DNA of 57,268 nucleotides, from NCBI GenBank assembly GCA_947472655.1, contig CANJCG010000001.1, positions 1 through 57,268 of the forward strand, in the 5' to 3' direction. Shown piece after piece: positions 12,419-22,214 of the stretch. Origin of the DNA: Actinomycetota bacterium. Lineage in GTDB: Bacteria; Actinomycetota; Actinomycetes; S36-B12. Every line of letters starts with the position of its first letter. Position 1 is the first letter of the stretch. Below the pieces are notes generated by a model. That model worked only from the letters and a program-made list of their open reading frames with translations, was not told the DNA's origin and searched no databases. The translations under genes and the position numbers were made by a program.

Positions 12419-14209
12419 CTAGGCAGTAGCCAGTGCCTGACTAATGGCTTCATTCACATTTTTCAAAGCCAATGCCTCATCTGTTCTTGTACATGTCCGT
12501 GCGACCACAACGTGCACACCTCCGGCAGACAACCCGACTTTCAATGCCTCATCAAGTTCTTCAAGTGTGGTTGCGATGAGACAAGGAAAACCTAAAGCAA
12601 GCACTGCCGCAGGTATATCAGCTTCAAATGGCGTGCCAAAAACTCGTTCAAATGAATTCTCGAACTTTGGGGCGCCTTGTTCAAGTTGCGAAAAGATACC
12701 GCCGCCATTGTTATCGCTGATGACGTATACGAGATCTGGCACTGCCTCTTGTGCAGGAACGCGAAGGCCATTGATGTCATAAAGAAAAGTGAGATCTCCC
12801 AAAAGTGCGATACACGCAGCTTCACTGTCGCGTTGCGCAGCAACTGTTACTCCCCATGCAGTGCTCACGCACCCATCAATGCCAGAAGTACCTCGATTGC
12901 CAAGAGTCACGGCGCTTCCAGAAGCATTCGCTGCGAAGTTATATACATGTCGTACTGGCCACGATGGACCGACGAAAAAGATTCCGCCTTCGGGAACTGC
13001 CTGACCGCAGGCGCGAGCCACATGCATGCCGGTCAACTCACCTACTTCACCCGCGAGAACTGTTTCTATCGCGACCGCAGCGAGAAGATCGGCCCGCTGC
13101 CAAGATTCAAGCCAATCGCCATTTATTTCACTCTCTCCAGGAGGGAGTGGGCACGCGGCAACGACAACATCGGCGGTGCGAGTTGGATCACTCCACTGTG
13201 GTTGCGAGTCAACAGCAATATGGAATTTTGCGCGCGCGATGTGTCTCTGCACTGCACGACTCAATCCCACCCGACCAACAGTCAGTACAACATCTGGAAT
13301 ATGTGCATCAGCGAACTCACCATTGCCAAGAATGAGGGCTCCGTGAGACAACGCCGTGTCACAGGCTGCAACGTTGCCACTTGGCTCACCAATAATCGGC
13401 CACCCAAGTGCATCACCGAGTTCATCAACGAGATCGGCGACTTCGCCATCTGACTGATCTCCGACAACGATCAATCCGCGTTCTGGAATAGCTGAATTAT
13501 CAAGCAACATTTCAAAAATTTCATCAATTGGCAGACTCATCCCGCCGACGAGTCGTGCATCAGCAGTCCACGGGCGTCCATCACTGCGACCCGCAAGTGG
13601 GCCGGTTTGCATAGCCTCAATTTGAGCTTCAATGGTCAGATCATCTGTTGGTACAAGCGGCTCAGCAAACTGCACATTGATGTGCACTGGACCTGCTCGT
13701 ATTACGTCAGTCGTGGCCGCAACTGCACGGGCAATTGTCGATCTCCAGGTACGTACTTGTGTAGCCTGCGCTTCGTCATTTTCTGCCGGAGTTGCCGCTG
13801 ACATATCAACGCTATCTCGGACGCTCACACCGAAAATTCCAACTTGGTTGATGGTCTGATTAGCTCCTACGCCTCGCAGTGATGCCGGACGATCTGCCGT
13901 CATCGCAATGAAAGGAACGTTGGAGAAATCGGCCTCAATAATTGCAGGGAGCAAATTTGCGGCCGCTGTGCCGGAGGTTGTTACTACAACGGCAGGAACG
14001 CCACTTACCTTTCCAAGGCCGAGTGCCAAGAAAGCCGCTGAGCGCTCGTCTAGGCGCACATGTAACGTTAGATCGCCTCGGCTTTCCGCAGCTGCAAGGG
14101 CTAGAGCTAGACCTGCTGACCTAGAACCCGGAGCAAGTACGACGTCACTTATGCCACATCGAAGCAATTCATCGACGATGACGCGAGACATTGCTGTAGT
14201 TGGATTCAC
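12419..14209 (-). CDS. menD: 2-succinyl-5-enolpyruvyl-6-hydroxy-3-cyclohexene-1-carboxylate (SEPHCHC) synthase
   Basis: 596-aa ThDP enzyme. N-terminal pyrimidine-binding domain and the ThDP motif GDLTFLYDINGL...SDNNGGGIF. 4-nt overlap with menC. Confidence 0.92.
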   Translation of the reverse strand: MNPTTAMSRVIVDELLRCGISDVVLAPGSRSAGLALALAAAESRGDLTLHVRLDERSAAFLALGLGKVSGVPAVVVTTSGTAAANLLPAIIEADFSNVPFIAMTADRPASLRGVGANQTINQVGIFGVSVRDSVDMSAATPAENDEAQATQVRTWRSTIARAVAATTDVIRAGPVHINVQFAEPLVPTDDLTIEAQIEAMQTGPLAGRSDGRPWTADARLVGGMSLPIDEIFEMLLDNSAIPERGLIVVGDQSDGEVADLVDELGDALGWPIIGEPSGNVAACDTALSHGALILGNGEFADAHIPDVVLTVGRVGLSRAVQRHIARAKFHIAVDSQPQWSDPTRTADVVVAACPLPPGESEINGDWLESWQRADLLAAVAIETVLAGEVGELTGMHVARACGQAVPEGGIFFVGPSWPVRHVYNFAANASGSAVTLGNRGTSGIDGCVSTAWGVTVAAQRDSEAACIALLGDLTFLYDINGLRVPAQEAVPDLVYVISDNNGGGIFSQLEQGAPKFENSFERVFGTPFEADIPAAVLALGFPCLIATTLEELDEALKVGLSAGGVHVVVARTCTRTDEALALKNVNEAISQALATA

Positions 14210-15228
14210 GCATCCACCTTTTCATGCCAAGGCTTGGCAGCAGCAGAGTGCCATGCGCGCGCAAGGCGATCCTGCCAAAAACTGAATCGTGTGGGATCAA
14301 GAAGGGCCCGCGCAGACTCGAGCGCAGCTGGATCTGGAGCCACTCGCTGGACCTTGATTGCCCCTTGGCTAGCGGTGAGCGGCACACCTACGAGATCTGA
14401 GGCTAAAAGTTTGCCTGTACCCAGTCCACATGCGCGATCAATATCTAGGGCAGCCGCAAGTGCTAGCGCTGAACACAGTCCAATCGAGGACTCCATTGCG
14501 TTGCTTACCACGACGGGAAGTTTCACGAGTTCGGCAAGCTCCACTGCTCGCCAGACTCCGCCAACAGGTGCTGGCTTGATGATGGCGACGTCTGCGATTT
14601 CCCGAAGTTCGCGCATGGCAGTTGCATCGAGGTTTTTATCTTTTCGGATCGATTCATCAACCGCGATAGGCACGTCGATGGCAGCACGAACGGCACGAAG
14701 ATCCTCGTTGCTTTCAACCGGCTGCTCTACGTATTCCAGTCCATAGACAGCAAGTCGCTTCAAAGCACTGATCGCATCAACAGCAGACCAACAGGCATTG
14801 GCATCGATACGGATTCGGCCGATTCCGCTTCCTAGCACTGCATCCAAGGCATCACGAGTTGCAGAGACTCGTGCCTCGTCTGCGAGCGGGTCTCCGCTCA
14901 CTTTCACTTTGATCGTGGTGCAGCCGTCATTGACCGCTGCTTCGCGCACTAACACTGAAGCCACTTCAGCGCTCACAGCTGGGATGATCGCGTTGACGTT
15001 CACGGAAGTTCGCTGAGCTTGCGGCCAATCTCCGTAGGCTGCTTCGAGGGCGCTTGCAAGCCATCGGCCACTGTATTCATCACCATAATCATCAAATGGG
15101 GCGAACTCGCCCCAGCCAGACGGCCCTTGAATCAGCAGACCCTCACGAACAGTGACACCCCTAAATTCACGATGCAGTCTGATCGCGAACGGAGTGGCAG
15201 CCGCAAGGAGAAAGCCAGGCAGGCTCAC
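14206..15228 (-). CDS. menC: o-Succinylbenzoate synthase (enolase superfamily)
   Basis: 340-aa enolase-superfamily barrel ([21 protein letters not shown]). Wedged between menB and menD with 4-nt overlaps. Confidence 0.85.
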   Translation of the reverse strand: MSLPGFLLAAATPFAIRLHREFRGVTVREGLLIQGPSGWGEFAPFDDYGDEYSGRWLASALEAAYGDWPQAQRTSVNVNAIIPAVSAEVASVLVREAAVNDGCTTIKVKVSGDPLADEARVSATRDALDAVLGSGIGRIRIDANACWSAVDAISALKRLAVYGLEYVEQPVESNEDLRAVRAAIDVPIAVDESIRKDKNLDATAMRELREIADVAIIKPAPVGGVWRAVELAELVKLPVVVSNAMESSIGLCSALALAAALDIDRACGLGTGKLLASDLVGVPLTASQGAIKVQRVAPDPAALESARALLDPTRFSFWQDRLARAWHSAAAKPWHEKVDA

Positions 15229-16157
15229 GGGCGTTTAGGGAACTTCGAGAAGTCTGGCTTACGTTTTTCTTTATAAGCATCGCGTCCTTCTTGAGCTTCT
15301 TCACTCATGTAGAACAACAAGGTGGCGTCACCAGCGAGCTGTTGAATCCCAGCAAGTCCATCGTCTGCTGCGTTGTGTGCGGCTTTAAGCATGCGCAATG
15401 ACAGCGGCGAGAGTTGCAACATCTCGTGAGCCATTTCAACCGTTGCAATTTCTAGGTCGACAAGCGGAACAACTTCATTCACTAAGCCCCAGTCATAGGC
15501 TTGTTCAGCGCCGTACTGACGACATAAGTACCACACTTCGCGAGCACGCTTTTGTCCGATGATGCGAGCTAGCAGACCAGAGCCATAGCCACCATCGAAG
15601 GAGCCAACTCGTGGGCCTGTTTGCCCAAAACGCGCATTTTCTGCGGCAACCGTCATGTCACACACCACATGCAGCACATGTCCGCCACCCATTGAGTAAC
15701 CAGCGACCATCGCGATGACAGGCTTAGGAATGCGTCGGATCAGAATCTGAAGATCGAGAACGTTGAGTCGTCCAACGCCAGCAGCCGCGACAGCGTCGTC
15801 GCCGATGTAGCCATCATCACCACGAATGATTTGATCGCCACCTGAACAAAACGCTAAGTCTCCTTGGCCAGTCAAGATGATCACACCAACGCGTCCATCG
15901 TCACGCGCCCGAGTGAACGCCTCGATCAGTTCAATAATGGTCTGTGGACGAAACGCATTGCGCTTCTCTGGGCGGTTAATCGTTATCTTGGCAACACCTT
16001 CTGCATCACCAAGGGAAATCTCATACTTAATATCGTTGAACTCACCCTGTGATTGCCACTCACAAGCCGGAGTCGCTGACGAATGCGCTGGGTTGGTCAT
16101 TGCTGGCGAATCAGCGGCAACGACTGGAGGCAAGATGTATCGCGTACGGGTATCCAT
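15225..16157 (-). CDS. menB: 1,4-dihydroxy-2-naphthoyl-CoA synthase
   Basis: 310-aa crotonase fold ([27 protein letters not shown]). The start could instead be the internal ATG at 16100 (MTNPAHSS). Confidence 0.95.
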   Translation of the reverse strand: MDTRTRYILPPVVAADSPAMTNPAHSSATPACEWQSQGEFNDIKYEISLGDAEGVAKITINRPEKRNAFRPQTIIELIEAFTRARDDGRVGVIILTGQGDLAFCSGGDQIIRGDDGYIGDDAVAAAGVGRLNVLDLQILIRRIPKPVIAMVAGYSMGGGHVLHVVCDMTVAAENARFGQTGPRVGSFDGGYGSGLLARIIGQKRAREVWYLCRQYGAEQAYDWGLVNEVVPLVDLEIATVEMAHEMLQLSPLSLRMLKAAHNAADDGLAGIQQLAGDATLLFYMSEEAQEGRDAYKEKRKPDFSKFPKRP

Positions 16158-16190
16158 AACCGGAACGCTATCGCGACTACGATTGGCCTA

Positions 16191-17408
16191 ATGCCGGCCC
16201 GACCACTCATTGCGATATCGGTCCCTTCGGGCCCCGATGGGTTAAGTGCGCTCATTGGTCCACTACGAGCGGCACTGAGCGGCACTGGAGCGGCGATCAC
16301 CCCCATCCCGGCGCAAACCTCCGGATTCTCACCTCAATATTTAGCACAGCTCCTGGCTGCGACTCGTCCTGACGACCCAGCTCAGACCCTAGAGACCGAC
16401 GAAGTGGCGGTGGTGCTGGCGACTTCCGGCTCAACCCAGAACCCCAAGGGCGTGCTGCATAGCGCCACAACGTTGAGCGCCTTGTCATCAGCGGTCCAAG
16501 GCGGCGCAACACCACAATGGATAGCCGCGTTACCCATCACCTCAATGGGTGGCTTCAATGTGGTCGTACGGGCCCTTGAAACAGGGCTTGACCCATTACC
16601 GATGGACAGTTTGGGTGGAGCAAAACCATTCACTCCGGCCGGATTTATCTCTGCAGTTCACTTAGCAACCCAACGATCCAGCGATATTCGGGTCTCCCTT
16701 GTCGCAGCTCAAGTTCGCCGACTTCTTAGCGATCCTGAGGGGATCGATGCGCTGCTGCAGTGTTCACAAATCTTGGTTGGCGGAGGTCCCCTGCCTTCCG
16801 TGACAGCCGATGCGGCAAGGGCCGCGGGCATCACGTTGACCACAACCTACGGTGCAACGGAAACTGCCGGTGGTGCCGTCTTTAACTCACAACCACTTGC
16901 CGGTGTCACCATTTCTATCGACCCTGAAAGTTCAGAGATCTCTTTGACTGGTGCCATGGTTGCTCTTGGCTATCGCTGCGCGCCCGAACTCACTGCGCAG
17001 CGTTTTGTGCAGGGTAGTTATCGAACTGGGGATCTTGGAACCTTCACTGACCATCTCACAGTTACCGGACGCATCGACGATGTAACAACGATTAATGGTG
17101 TCAATGTTTCGCTGCAGGCAGTTGAAGAAATTCTCAATAATTGCGAGGGGGTGGTCGCGGCTGCTGTAGTTTCTGTCCCTGATGTCGGAGATGAAGATCA
17201 ACTCTTTGCGCTTATTGAACCGGCTCGTGACGTCGATCATCACACTCTTCGCATCGAACTTCGCAGCGTTGTGAACCTTGCTCTCGGCGCGGCCGCGACT
17301 CCCCGTTATTTTGCTTTTCTCGATGCAATTCCAACATTGCCGAACAACAAAGTTGATCGGCAATCAATCCTGCAACTCACTCGCGATGGAGCGTTATGGC
17401 AACGGTAA
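16191..17408 (+). CDS. menE: o-Succinylbenzoate-CoA ligase
   Basis: Adenylate-forming enzyme motifs (LATSGSTQNPKGV, YGATETAG, RTGDLG). I placed the start at the ATG at 16191 (MPARPL...), because the track start at 16083 would overlap divergent menB. Confidence 0.85.
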   Translation: MPARPLIAISVPSGPDGLSALIGPLRAALSGTGAAITPIPAQTSGFSPQYLAQLLAATRPDDPAQTLETDEVAVVLATSGSTQNPKGVLHSATTLSALSSAVQGGATPQWIAALPITSMGGFNVVVRALETGLDPLPMDSLGGAKPFTPAGFISAVHLATQRSSDIRVSLVAAQVRRLLSDPEGIDALLQCSQILVGGGPLPSVTADAARAAGITLTTTYGATETAGGAVFNSQPLAGVTISIDPESSEISLTGAMVALGYRCAPELTAQRFVQGSYRTGDLGTFTDHLTVTGRIDDVTTINGVNVSLQAVEEILNNCEGVVAAAVVSVPDVGDEDQLFALIEPARDVDHHTLRIELRSVVNLALGAAATPRYFAFLDAIPTLPNNKVDRQSILQLTRDGALWQR

Positions 17409-18271
17409 GTCAGTGGATTGGTGGCGCTCGGCCGCGTACGTTGCCTTCAGCTATCGCTCCAGTAGCCATCGGTGGTGGGTTAGCTGCCCGTGCCGACTCC
17501 TTCATCTTGGTGCGGGTATTCCTTGCACTCGTTGTCGCCCTCGCACTTCAGATTGGTGTGAATTACGCCAATGATTACAGCGATGGAATCAAAGGAACTG
17601 ATGAAGTGCGTGTCGGACCAGTTCGCCTTGTTGGGCAGAAGCTTGCAACACCCTCACAAGTCAAATTCGCAGCCTTATCTTGTTTTGCAGCAGCGATGTT
17701 AGCCGGCCTGGCTCTGATTTTGATTACTTCACTGTGGTGGTTGACCATCGTGGGAGTGGCGTGTGTGGCCGCAGCTTGGTTTTACACTGGGGGTAAACAT
17801 CCTTACGGATACCTTGGCCTTGGTGAGGTTTTTGTTTTCGTTTTCTTCGGCTTAGTTCCCGTTCTTGGAACTGTCTACGTACAGACGTTCACCATTACTG
17901 CGGCAGATGTTTTTGCTGCCTGTGCTATCGGTCTACTCATTTGCACATTGCTCGTTGTGAATAACCTTCGCGATATTCCCACTGATATTGGCGCAGGTAA
18001 ACGAACTCTCGCAGTAAAACTTGGTGACCATCGCACTCGCTTGCTTTATGTGGGGTTTGTGGTTTCAGCCATGGTCCTCACCGTGATTGTCGCTGCCCTC
18101 ACAACCTGGTGGCTATTACTGGTCTTGGTCAGTTTTGTGCTCGGGATTCAACCCGTTCGTCTAGTCACCAGCGGCGCCGTCGGACCCAGTCTGGTCGTTG
18201 CCCTCAAGCAAAGTGGTCTGCTCGTCTTGATCTACGGACTCGGTGCTGGAGCTTTGCTCGCCTGGGCTTGA
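17396..18271 (+). CDS. menA: 1,4-dihydroxy-2-naphthoate polyprenyltransferase
   Basis: 291-aa polytopic UbiA-family protein with the Asp-rich motif NYANDYSDGIKGTD. 13-nt overlap with the end of menE. Confidence 0.9.
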   Translation: MATVSQWIGGARPRTLPSAIAPVAIGGGLAARADSFILVRVFLALVVALALQIGVNYANDYSDGIKGTDEVRVGPVRLVGQKLATPSQVKFAALSCFAAAMLAGLALILITSLWWLTIVGVACVAAAWFYTGGKHPYGYLGLGEVFVFVFFGLVPVLGTVYVQTFTITAADVFAACAIGLLICTLLVVNNLRDIPTDIGAGKRTLAVKLGDHRTRLLYVGFVVSAMVLTVIVAALTTWWLLLVLVSFVLGIQPVRLVTSGAVGPSLVVALKQSGLLVLIYGLGAGALLAWA

Positions 18272-18595
18272 TTGTGCGCGAAGGATCTCTTGCTGCCACT
18301 TATCTTCGGCAGCGGCCGAACTCTCGATCTTAGAATTGATGCCACTAAAGAATGCACCGACGCTTTCGCTCATTGCATCTCGCTGGCGGTCAAGTAACAC
18401 GATGCTGATCGCGCTTGAAATTAATAGGGCGAGAACGAGGGCCAAGATCCCCTTCACTGGAGTGAGGAACTGCAGAATTGCCCAGAGACCAAACCAGAGC
18501 AATAAGCGCGCAATGGTGTACGTCACAAAATTGAGCCACCGGCTTTTAGGTTGAGTCACAGCCTTACAGTAAGTGACGCAAAACTGCAGGTGCAC
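18161..18595 (-). CDS. DUF4229-like small membrane protein
   Basis: Two-TM core (YTIARLLLWFGLWAIL...ILALVLALLISSAISIVLLDRQRDAMS) typical of DUF4229 proteins found beside menA in actinobacteria. A more likely start is the GTG at 18559 (VTQPKSRW), preceded by AAGG. The acidic, low-complexity tail overlaps the menA 3' end. Confidence 0.65.
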   Translation of the reverse strand: MHLQFCVTYCKAVTQPKSRWLNFVTYTIARLLLWFGLWAILQFLTPVKGILALVLALLISSAISIVLLDRQRDAMSESVGAFFSGINSKIESSAAAEDKWQQEILRAQSSPGEQSSSTESVDQDEQTTLLEGNDQTGSDGAAGD

Positions 18596-18653
18596 GCTGG
18601 AGTTAGCGTGTGCGTGGAAAGAACGGGCGTTAGAATGTGCCTAGGAGGCATGT

Positions 18654-18959
18654 GTGATTAGAGTTTTGGGCATCATCTGCGTGGTGGCGCTCTACATCTG
18701 GTTCGTCGTTGACGTAATTCAGTCACCGAAATCAGGGGTGCGAAATTTACCCCGCGGCATTTGGCTGTTGATCGTGTTACTTCTCCCTATTCTCGGTGGA
18801 TTGCTTTGGGTGCTCTTTGGGCGAACAAGGCCAACTCCCGGAAAGCGACGCGGCCGTCGTGGCCCAGTGGCCCCCGATGACGACCCTCGTTTTCTGGCAA
18901 AACTTGATGAAGATGAATGGCGTCGCAAAATGCGCGAACGCCGAGGAGATGCGACCTAA
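18654..18959 (+). CDS. PLD nuclease N-terminal domain (PLDc_N)-like small membrane protein
   Basis: 101 aa. GTG start preceded by AGGAGG at 18644-18649. Two TM helices with the characteristic VVDVIQSP...VRNLPRGIWLLIVLLLPILGGLLWVLFGR pattern. Confidence 0.75.
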   Translation: MIRVLGIICVVALYIWFVVDVIQSPKSGVRNLPRGIWLLIVLLLPILGGLLWVLFGRTRPTPGKRRGRRGPVAPDDDPRFLAKLDEDEWRRKMRERRGDAT

Positions 18960-19918
18960 CTACCAACCCCTGCATATGAATGCAGGCTGTTTGCCAGAAA
19001 GTTCACCCCGAAGTAGTTCATCAAGAATGCGATCCAGCCAGCCAAGGCAATGAGTGAGGCCTTATTTCCGCGCCAGCCTGCGGTAGACCGCGCATGAAGA
19101 TAAGCCGCATAAATCACCCAGGTGATGAATGCCCACGTTTCTTTAGGGTCCCAGCCCCAGTAACGACCCCACGCGTTCTCGGCCCAGATCGCCCCAGCAA
19201 CCACGGTGAATGTCCATAGTGGGAAGGCAAAGGCGAGAGTCTTGTTCGTGATGGAACGAAGGCGCTCAGCATTAGGAATTCGCGTTGCCAAGATTCCGGT
19301 GACTTCTACGCCCGCTGCGGCTTTGCGCTCAGCGCGATCACTCACGAACGAGAGTCCGGCAGTTGCAGCAGCAATGGTGAAGGCTCCGGAACAAATGATC
19401 GCAGCAAGCACGTGAATCACGAGCCAATAGGACTTCAAAGCTGGCACCAGTTGAGCAGCTTCGGTGTAGAGCACAGTGACGGCCACCCCCAGTGTCAGCA
19501 AAACGGGGATCACGATGAAAAGTCCAAGCCAACGTAGATCAATTCTCGTGTTAGCAATCAGGAAAACGCCAAGCACGCCTAGGGCAGCAGTGATCGAGAA
19601 CTCATACATGTTGCCCCACGGCGCACGTCCGGCCCAGACTCCACGCAGGACAACACCTGCAAGTAATAGCGCAAACGCCAACCAGGTTAAGGAGATGCCA
19701 ATATTTGACGCACGTCGCCCAGGAATTTCAGTCTCTACGACAGTTTGGGTGAGAACAGCAGCGCCGCCAGCACTCATCGTAGATTCAGTCACAGAACTAC
19801 TTGCCCGCCTGCGCCCGCCTGCGAAGGAGGCAGCAAACGAAAACATCGCGAAGGTCAGAACCAACATCGATGAATAAATCATCACGTTGCTTATGCGTGC
19901 GAGTGACTCTGGGCTCAA
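18956..19918 (-). CDS. ccsB: c-type cytochrome biogenesis protein CcsB/ResC
   Basis: 320-aa polytopic protein with the Trp-rich haem-handling motif WGRYWGWDPKETWAFITW. 4-nt overlap with resB. Confidence 0.9.
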   Translation of the reverse strand: MSPESLARISNVMIYSSMLVLTFAMFSFAASFAGGRRRASSSVTESTMSAGGAAVLTQTVVETEIPGRRASNIGISLTWLAFALLLAGVVLRGVWAGRAPWGNMYEFSITAALGVLGVFLIANTRIDLRWLGLFIVIPVLLTLGVAVTVLYTEAAQLVPALKSYWLVIHVLAAIICSGAFTIAAATAGLSFVSDRAERKAAAGVEVTGILATRIPNAERLRSITNKTLAFAFPLWTFTVVAGAIWAENAWGRYWGWDPKETWAFITWVIYAAYLHARSTAGWRGNKASLIALAGWIAFLMNYFGVNFLANSLHSYAGVGS

Positions 19919-21474
19919 CGTTCCTCCTCGGTTATTCCCCGTGCGACACCTGCTGCTTGGAGGGCTTGCTCAACAAGATCAAGATCCTCTGACAGCGCGC
20001 CAATATCTTTATCTTCAAGTGTCGAAGCGCGCATAATTCCGGCAACTTGGATAACGGTAACCCCATCGCGCTCGACAACTTTCACCCACACCCGTCGGCG
20101 ACGAATGAACAGCGACATCGTGAGCCCGATGATTGCCAAGGCCGCGAAGATCAAGGCGATCTCCTTGCCTGGGTCATAGGCGATTTGGAATGACGCCCAA
20201 CGCTTGTACCCCAAGAACGCGACCGTTCCTGAGCCATCTGGCAAGGTCCAACTCTGCCCTGGCTTGAGTTGCTCGAGGCCAATCTTGGTCATGTTGTCTG
20301 TCACAAGCCGGTAGACGCTTTGGGGCTTTCCAGTATTCAAACCAAGATCACCCTTCCAAGCTGACATGAATACGGCCGGGTCATCAGGCCCAGGAAAAGT
20401 TGAGTGCGGCCCAAGAACTTCATCAAGTGCCGCAGTCGGAAGGAACAACGCCTGAATGCCAAGTTGCGGAGTGGAGTCGGGTATTTTTACGACTCCCGTT
20501 GCCGTGCCATTGCCGTCCTGTGGCAGGAATGGCACGGCATCTTCGAAAACTGCCTTGCCAGTCTCATCTGTCACTTTGATTAATGGCGCGTACCCATGAC
20601 CAACCAAGAACACCTTTGCGCCGCTCACCACTAGGGGTTCATTAACTTCAACAAGTCTGTGTTCTATCGGTGCTGTCGGGTCTACTTTGTACGACATTTC
20701 GGCTTCGAAGGCGCGAGGGGCACCCCGCTGGGCGACTCCACGCTCAAAATCAACCGTGAACTTATCAAGGGTGAAGGAGAATGGCGGAAGCGCTTGAGCA
20801 TCTGTATAGCGTCCGCCACCCCAGGCGTCGTACTGCGTAACGGTATTGGAAAATCCCGAACCCTCGCGAACAATCACATTGCCCTTCCAGCCAAAGAGCC
20901 CACCTATAGCAATCGCAGCAAGAACAAACAGCAACGACAAATGGAAAACTAAGTTCCCAGTTTCACGCAGATATCCTTTTTCGGCTGCCACCCAAGTTGG
21001 CGACTCAACCGGCCCCGCTACTACTCGCCATTTGGCTTTGCGCAATGTCTCAGTAACTTCGCTCAGCACCTCTTCAGTGCTCGCCGTAGCAATGTTCTCG
21101 CGAGTACCCGCGAAGCGTTCCAGTATCCGAGGGACTGGAGGCGGAGCGCTGCGCATCGCTCGGTAATGAACACCGACGCGAGGTATGACGCAACCAATGA
21201 GTGATACGAAAAGTAAGAGATATACCGCTGAGAACCAAGGGGAGGAGTACACCTCGAAGAACCCGAGTCGGTCCAGAATTGGTCCCCACGTCGGAGAGTT
21301 AGTTATGAAATTACGCACCTTGATCGGGTCAACACCGCGCTGAGGATAAACCGAACCGGGAACGCTCGCTAAGGCCAATAAGAAGAGCAGAACAAGCGCA
21401 GTCTTCATACTGGTCAGTTGACGCCACAGCCAACGGAAAAACCCGGTGTTGGTCATTGGTGGCAAATTCGTCAT
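19915..21474 (-). CDS. resB: Cytochrome c biogenesis protein ResB/Ccs1
   Basis: ResB-type N-terminus (FFRWLWRQLTSMKTALVLL), a large extracytoplasmic domain and a C-terminal TM helix. I placed the start at the ATG at 21474, which forms an ATGA overlap with the ccdA stop; the track start at 21513 would overlap ccdA by 43 nt. Confidence 0.88.
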   Translation of the reverse strand: MTNLPPMTNTGFFRWLWRQLTSMKTALVLLFLLALASVPGSVYPQRGVDPIKVRNFITNSPTWGPILDRLGFFEVYSSPWFSAVYLLLFVSLIGCVIPRVGVHYRAMRSAPPPVPRILERFAGTRENIATASTEEVLSEVTETLRKAKWRVVAGPVESPTWVAAEKGYLRETGNLVFHLSLLFVLAAIAIGGLFGWKGNVIVREGSGFSNTVTQYDAWGGGRYTDAQALPPFSFTLDKFTVDFERGVAQRGAPRAFEAEMSYKVDPTAPIEHRLVEVNEPLVVSGAKVFLVGHGYAPLIKVTDETGKAVFEDAVPFLPQDGNGTATGVVKIPDSTPQLGIQALFLPTAALDEVLGPHSTFPGPDDPAVFMSAWKGDLGLNTGKPQSVYRLVTDNMTKIGLEQLKPGQSWTLPDGSGTVAFLGYKRWASFQIAYDPGKEIALIFAALAIIGLTMSLFIRRRRVWVKVVERDGVTVIQVAGIMRASTLEDKDIGALSEDLDLVEQALQAAGVARGITEEER

Positions 21475-22214
21475 AGCGCTGTCTCGAATCCAGGAATAGT
21501 TACCCGCAACCAAATAGTGAAATCAAGCCAAAGTCCAGTGACGAGTAGTACTCCCACTGCTACCAGCATCGCACCACCGATGCGCATCACAAGTTCGTAG
21601 TGGTTACGGATCCAACCGATCGCTCGTCCCATTCGGGTGAAGAGCAATCCAAGCAAAACAAATGGCAAACCAAGCCCTAAGCAATAGACCAGTGACAACA
21701 AGGCTCCACGCGCTGCGCTTGCTTCTGTAAAAGCCAAACTTTGTACAGCAGCAAGGGTCGGTCCGATGCACGGAGACCATCCCAAACCGAAAAGAACCCC
21801 AAGGATTGGTGCGCCTGCAACCCCCCAGGTGGGTAAGCGATGCATGCGCCATTCGCGTTGCAGTCCAGGAATAAATCCCATGAACGCTAGGCCCATCACA
21901 ATGACAACTACCCCAAGGACGCGATCAATGGTTTCCTGATATTCCAACAACGTTGATCCGATGGAGCCAAAGAGAACTCCATAGGACACGAAAATGATGC
22001 TGAAGCCGGCGACAAACAACACACTGCCAAGAAGCACCCGGCCGCGATTGCCTTTGACATCCGCGAGTTCTGCACCGGTGAGCCCCGTGATGTAAGACAA
22101 ATAGCCCGGAGCTAGCGGTAGGACACAAGGCGAAGCAAAAGCTAGGAGTCCAGCAGCGAAGGCCAGGGGTAACGCGAAAAGCAAGGTGCCTTCTGAGATC
22201 ACATCCGTGATCAT
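21471..22214 (-). CDS. ccdA: Cytochrome c biogenesis thiol-disulfide transporter CcdA (DsbD family)
   Basis: 247 aa, six TM helices, with the two conserved Cys motifs ASPCVLPL and WSPCIGP. Confidence 0.9.
   Translation of the reverse strand: MITDVISEGTLLFALPLAFAAGLLAFASPCVLPLAPGYLSYITGLTGAELADVKGNRGRVLLGSVLFVAGFSIIFVSYGVLFGSIGSTLLEYQETIDRVLGVVVIVMGLAFMGFIPGLQREWRMHRLPTWGVAGAPILGVLFGLGWSPCIGPTLAAVQSLAFTEASAARGALLSLVYCLGLGLPFVLLGLLFTRMGRAIGWIRNHYELVMRIGGAMLVAVGVLLVTGLWLDFTIWLRVTIPGFETAL

Noticed and set aside
16083-16190. 5'-extended ORF starts given by the track: menE at 16083, HAD at 43414, isomerase at 31034, ATPase at 33280, glutaredoxin-like at 26427, clpC at 40441, resB at 21513, nuoI at 1672.
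   Set aside because: The extensions overlap neighbouring genes and translate to Arg/Cys/Ser-rich junk. Internal ATG or GTG starts restore canonical N-termini, often with ATGA coupling to the upstream gene.
19804-19823. 10-bp tandem duplication cccgcctgcg x2 in the 5' part of ccsB, considered as a slippage or phase-variation site.
   Set aside because: There are only two units, in a GC-rich stretch that encodes a plausible low-complexity linker in frame. Nothing else suggests a contingency locus.
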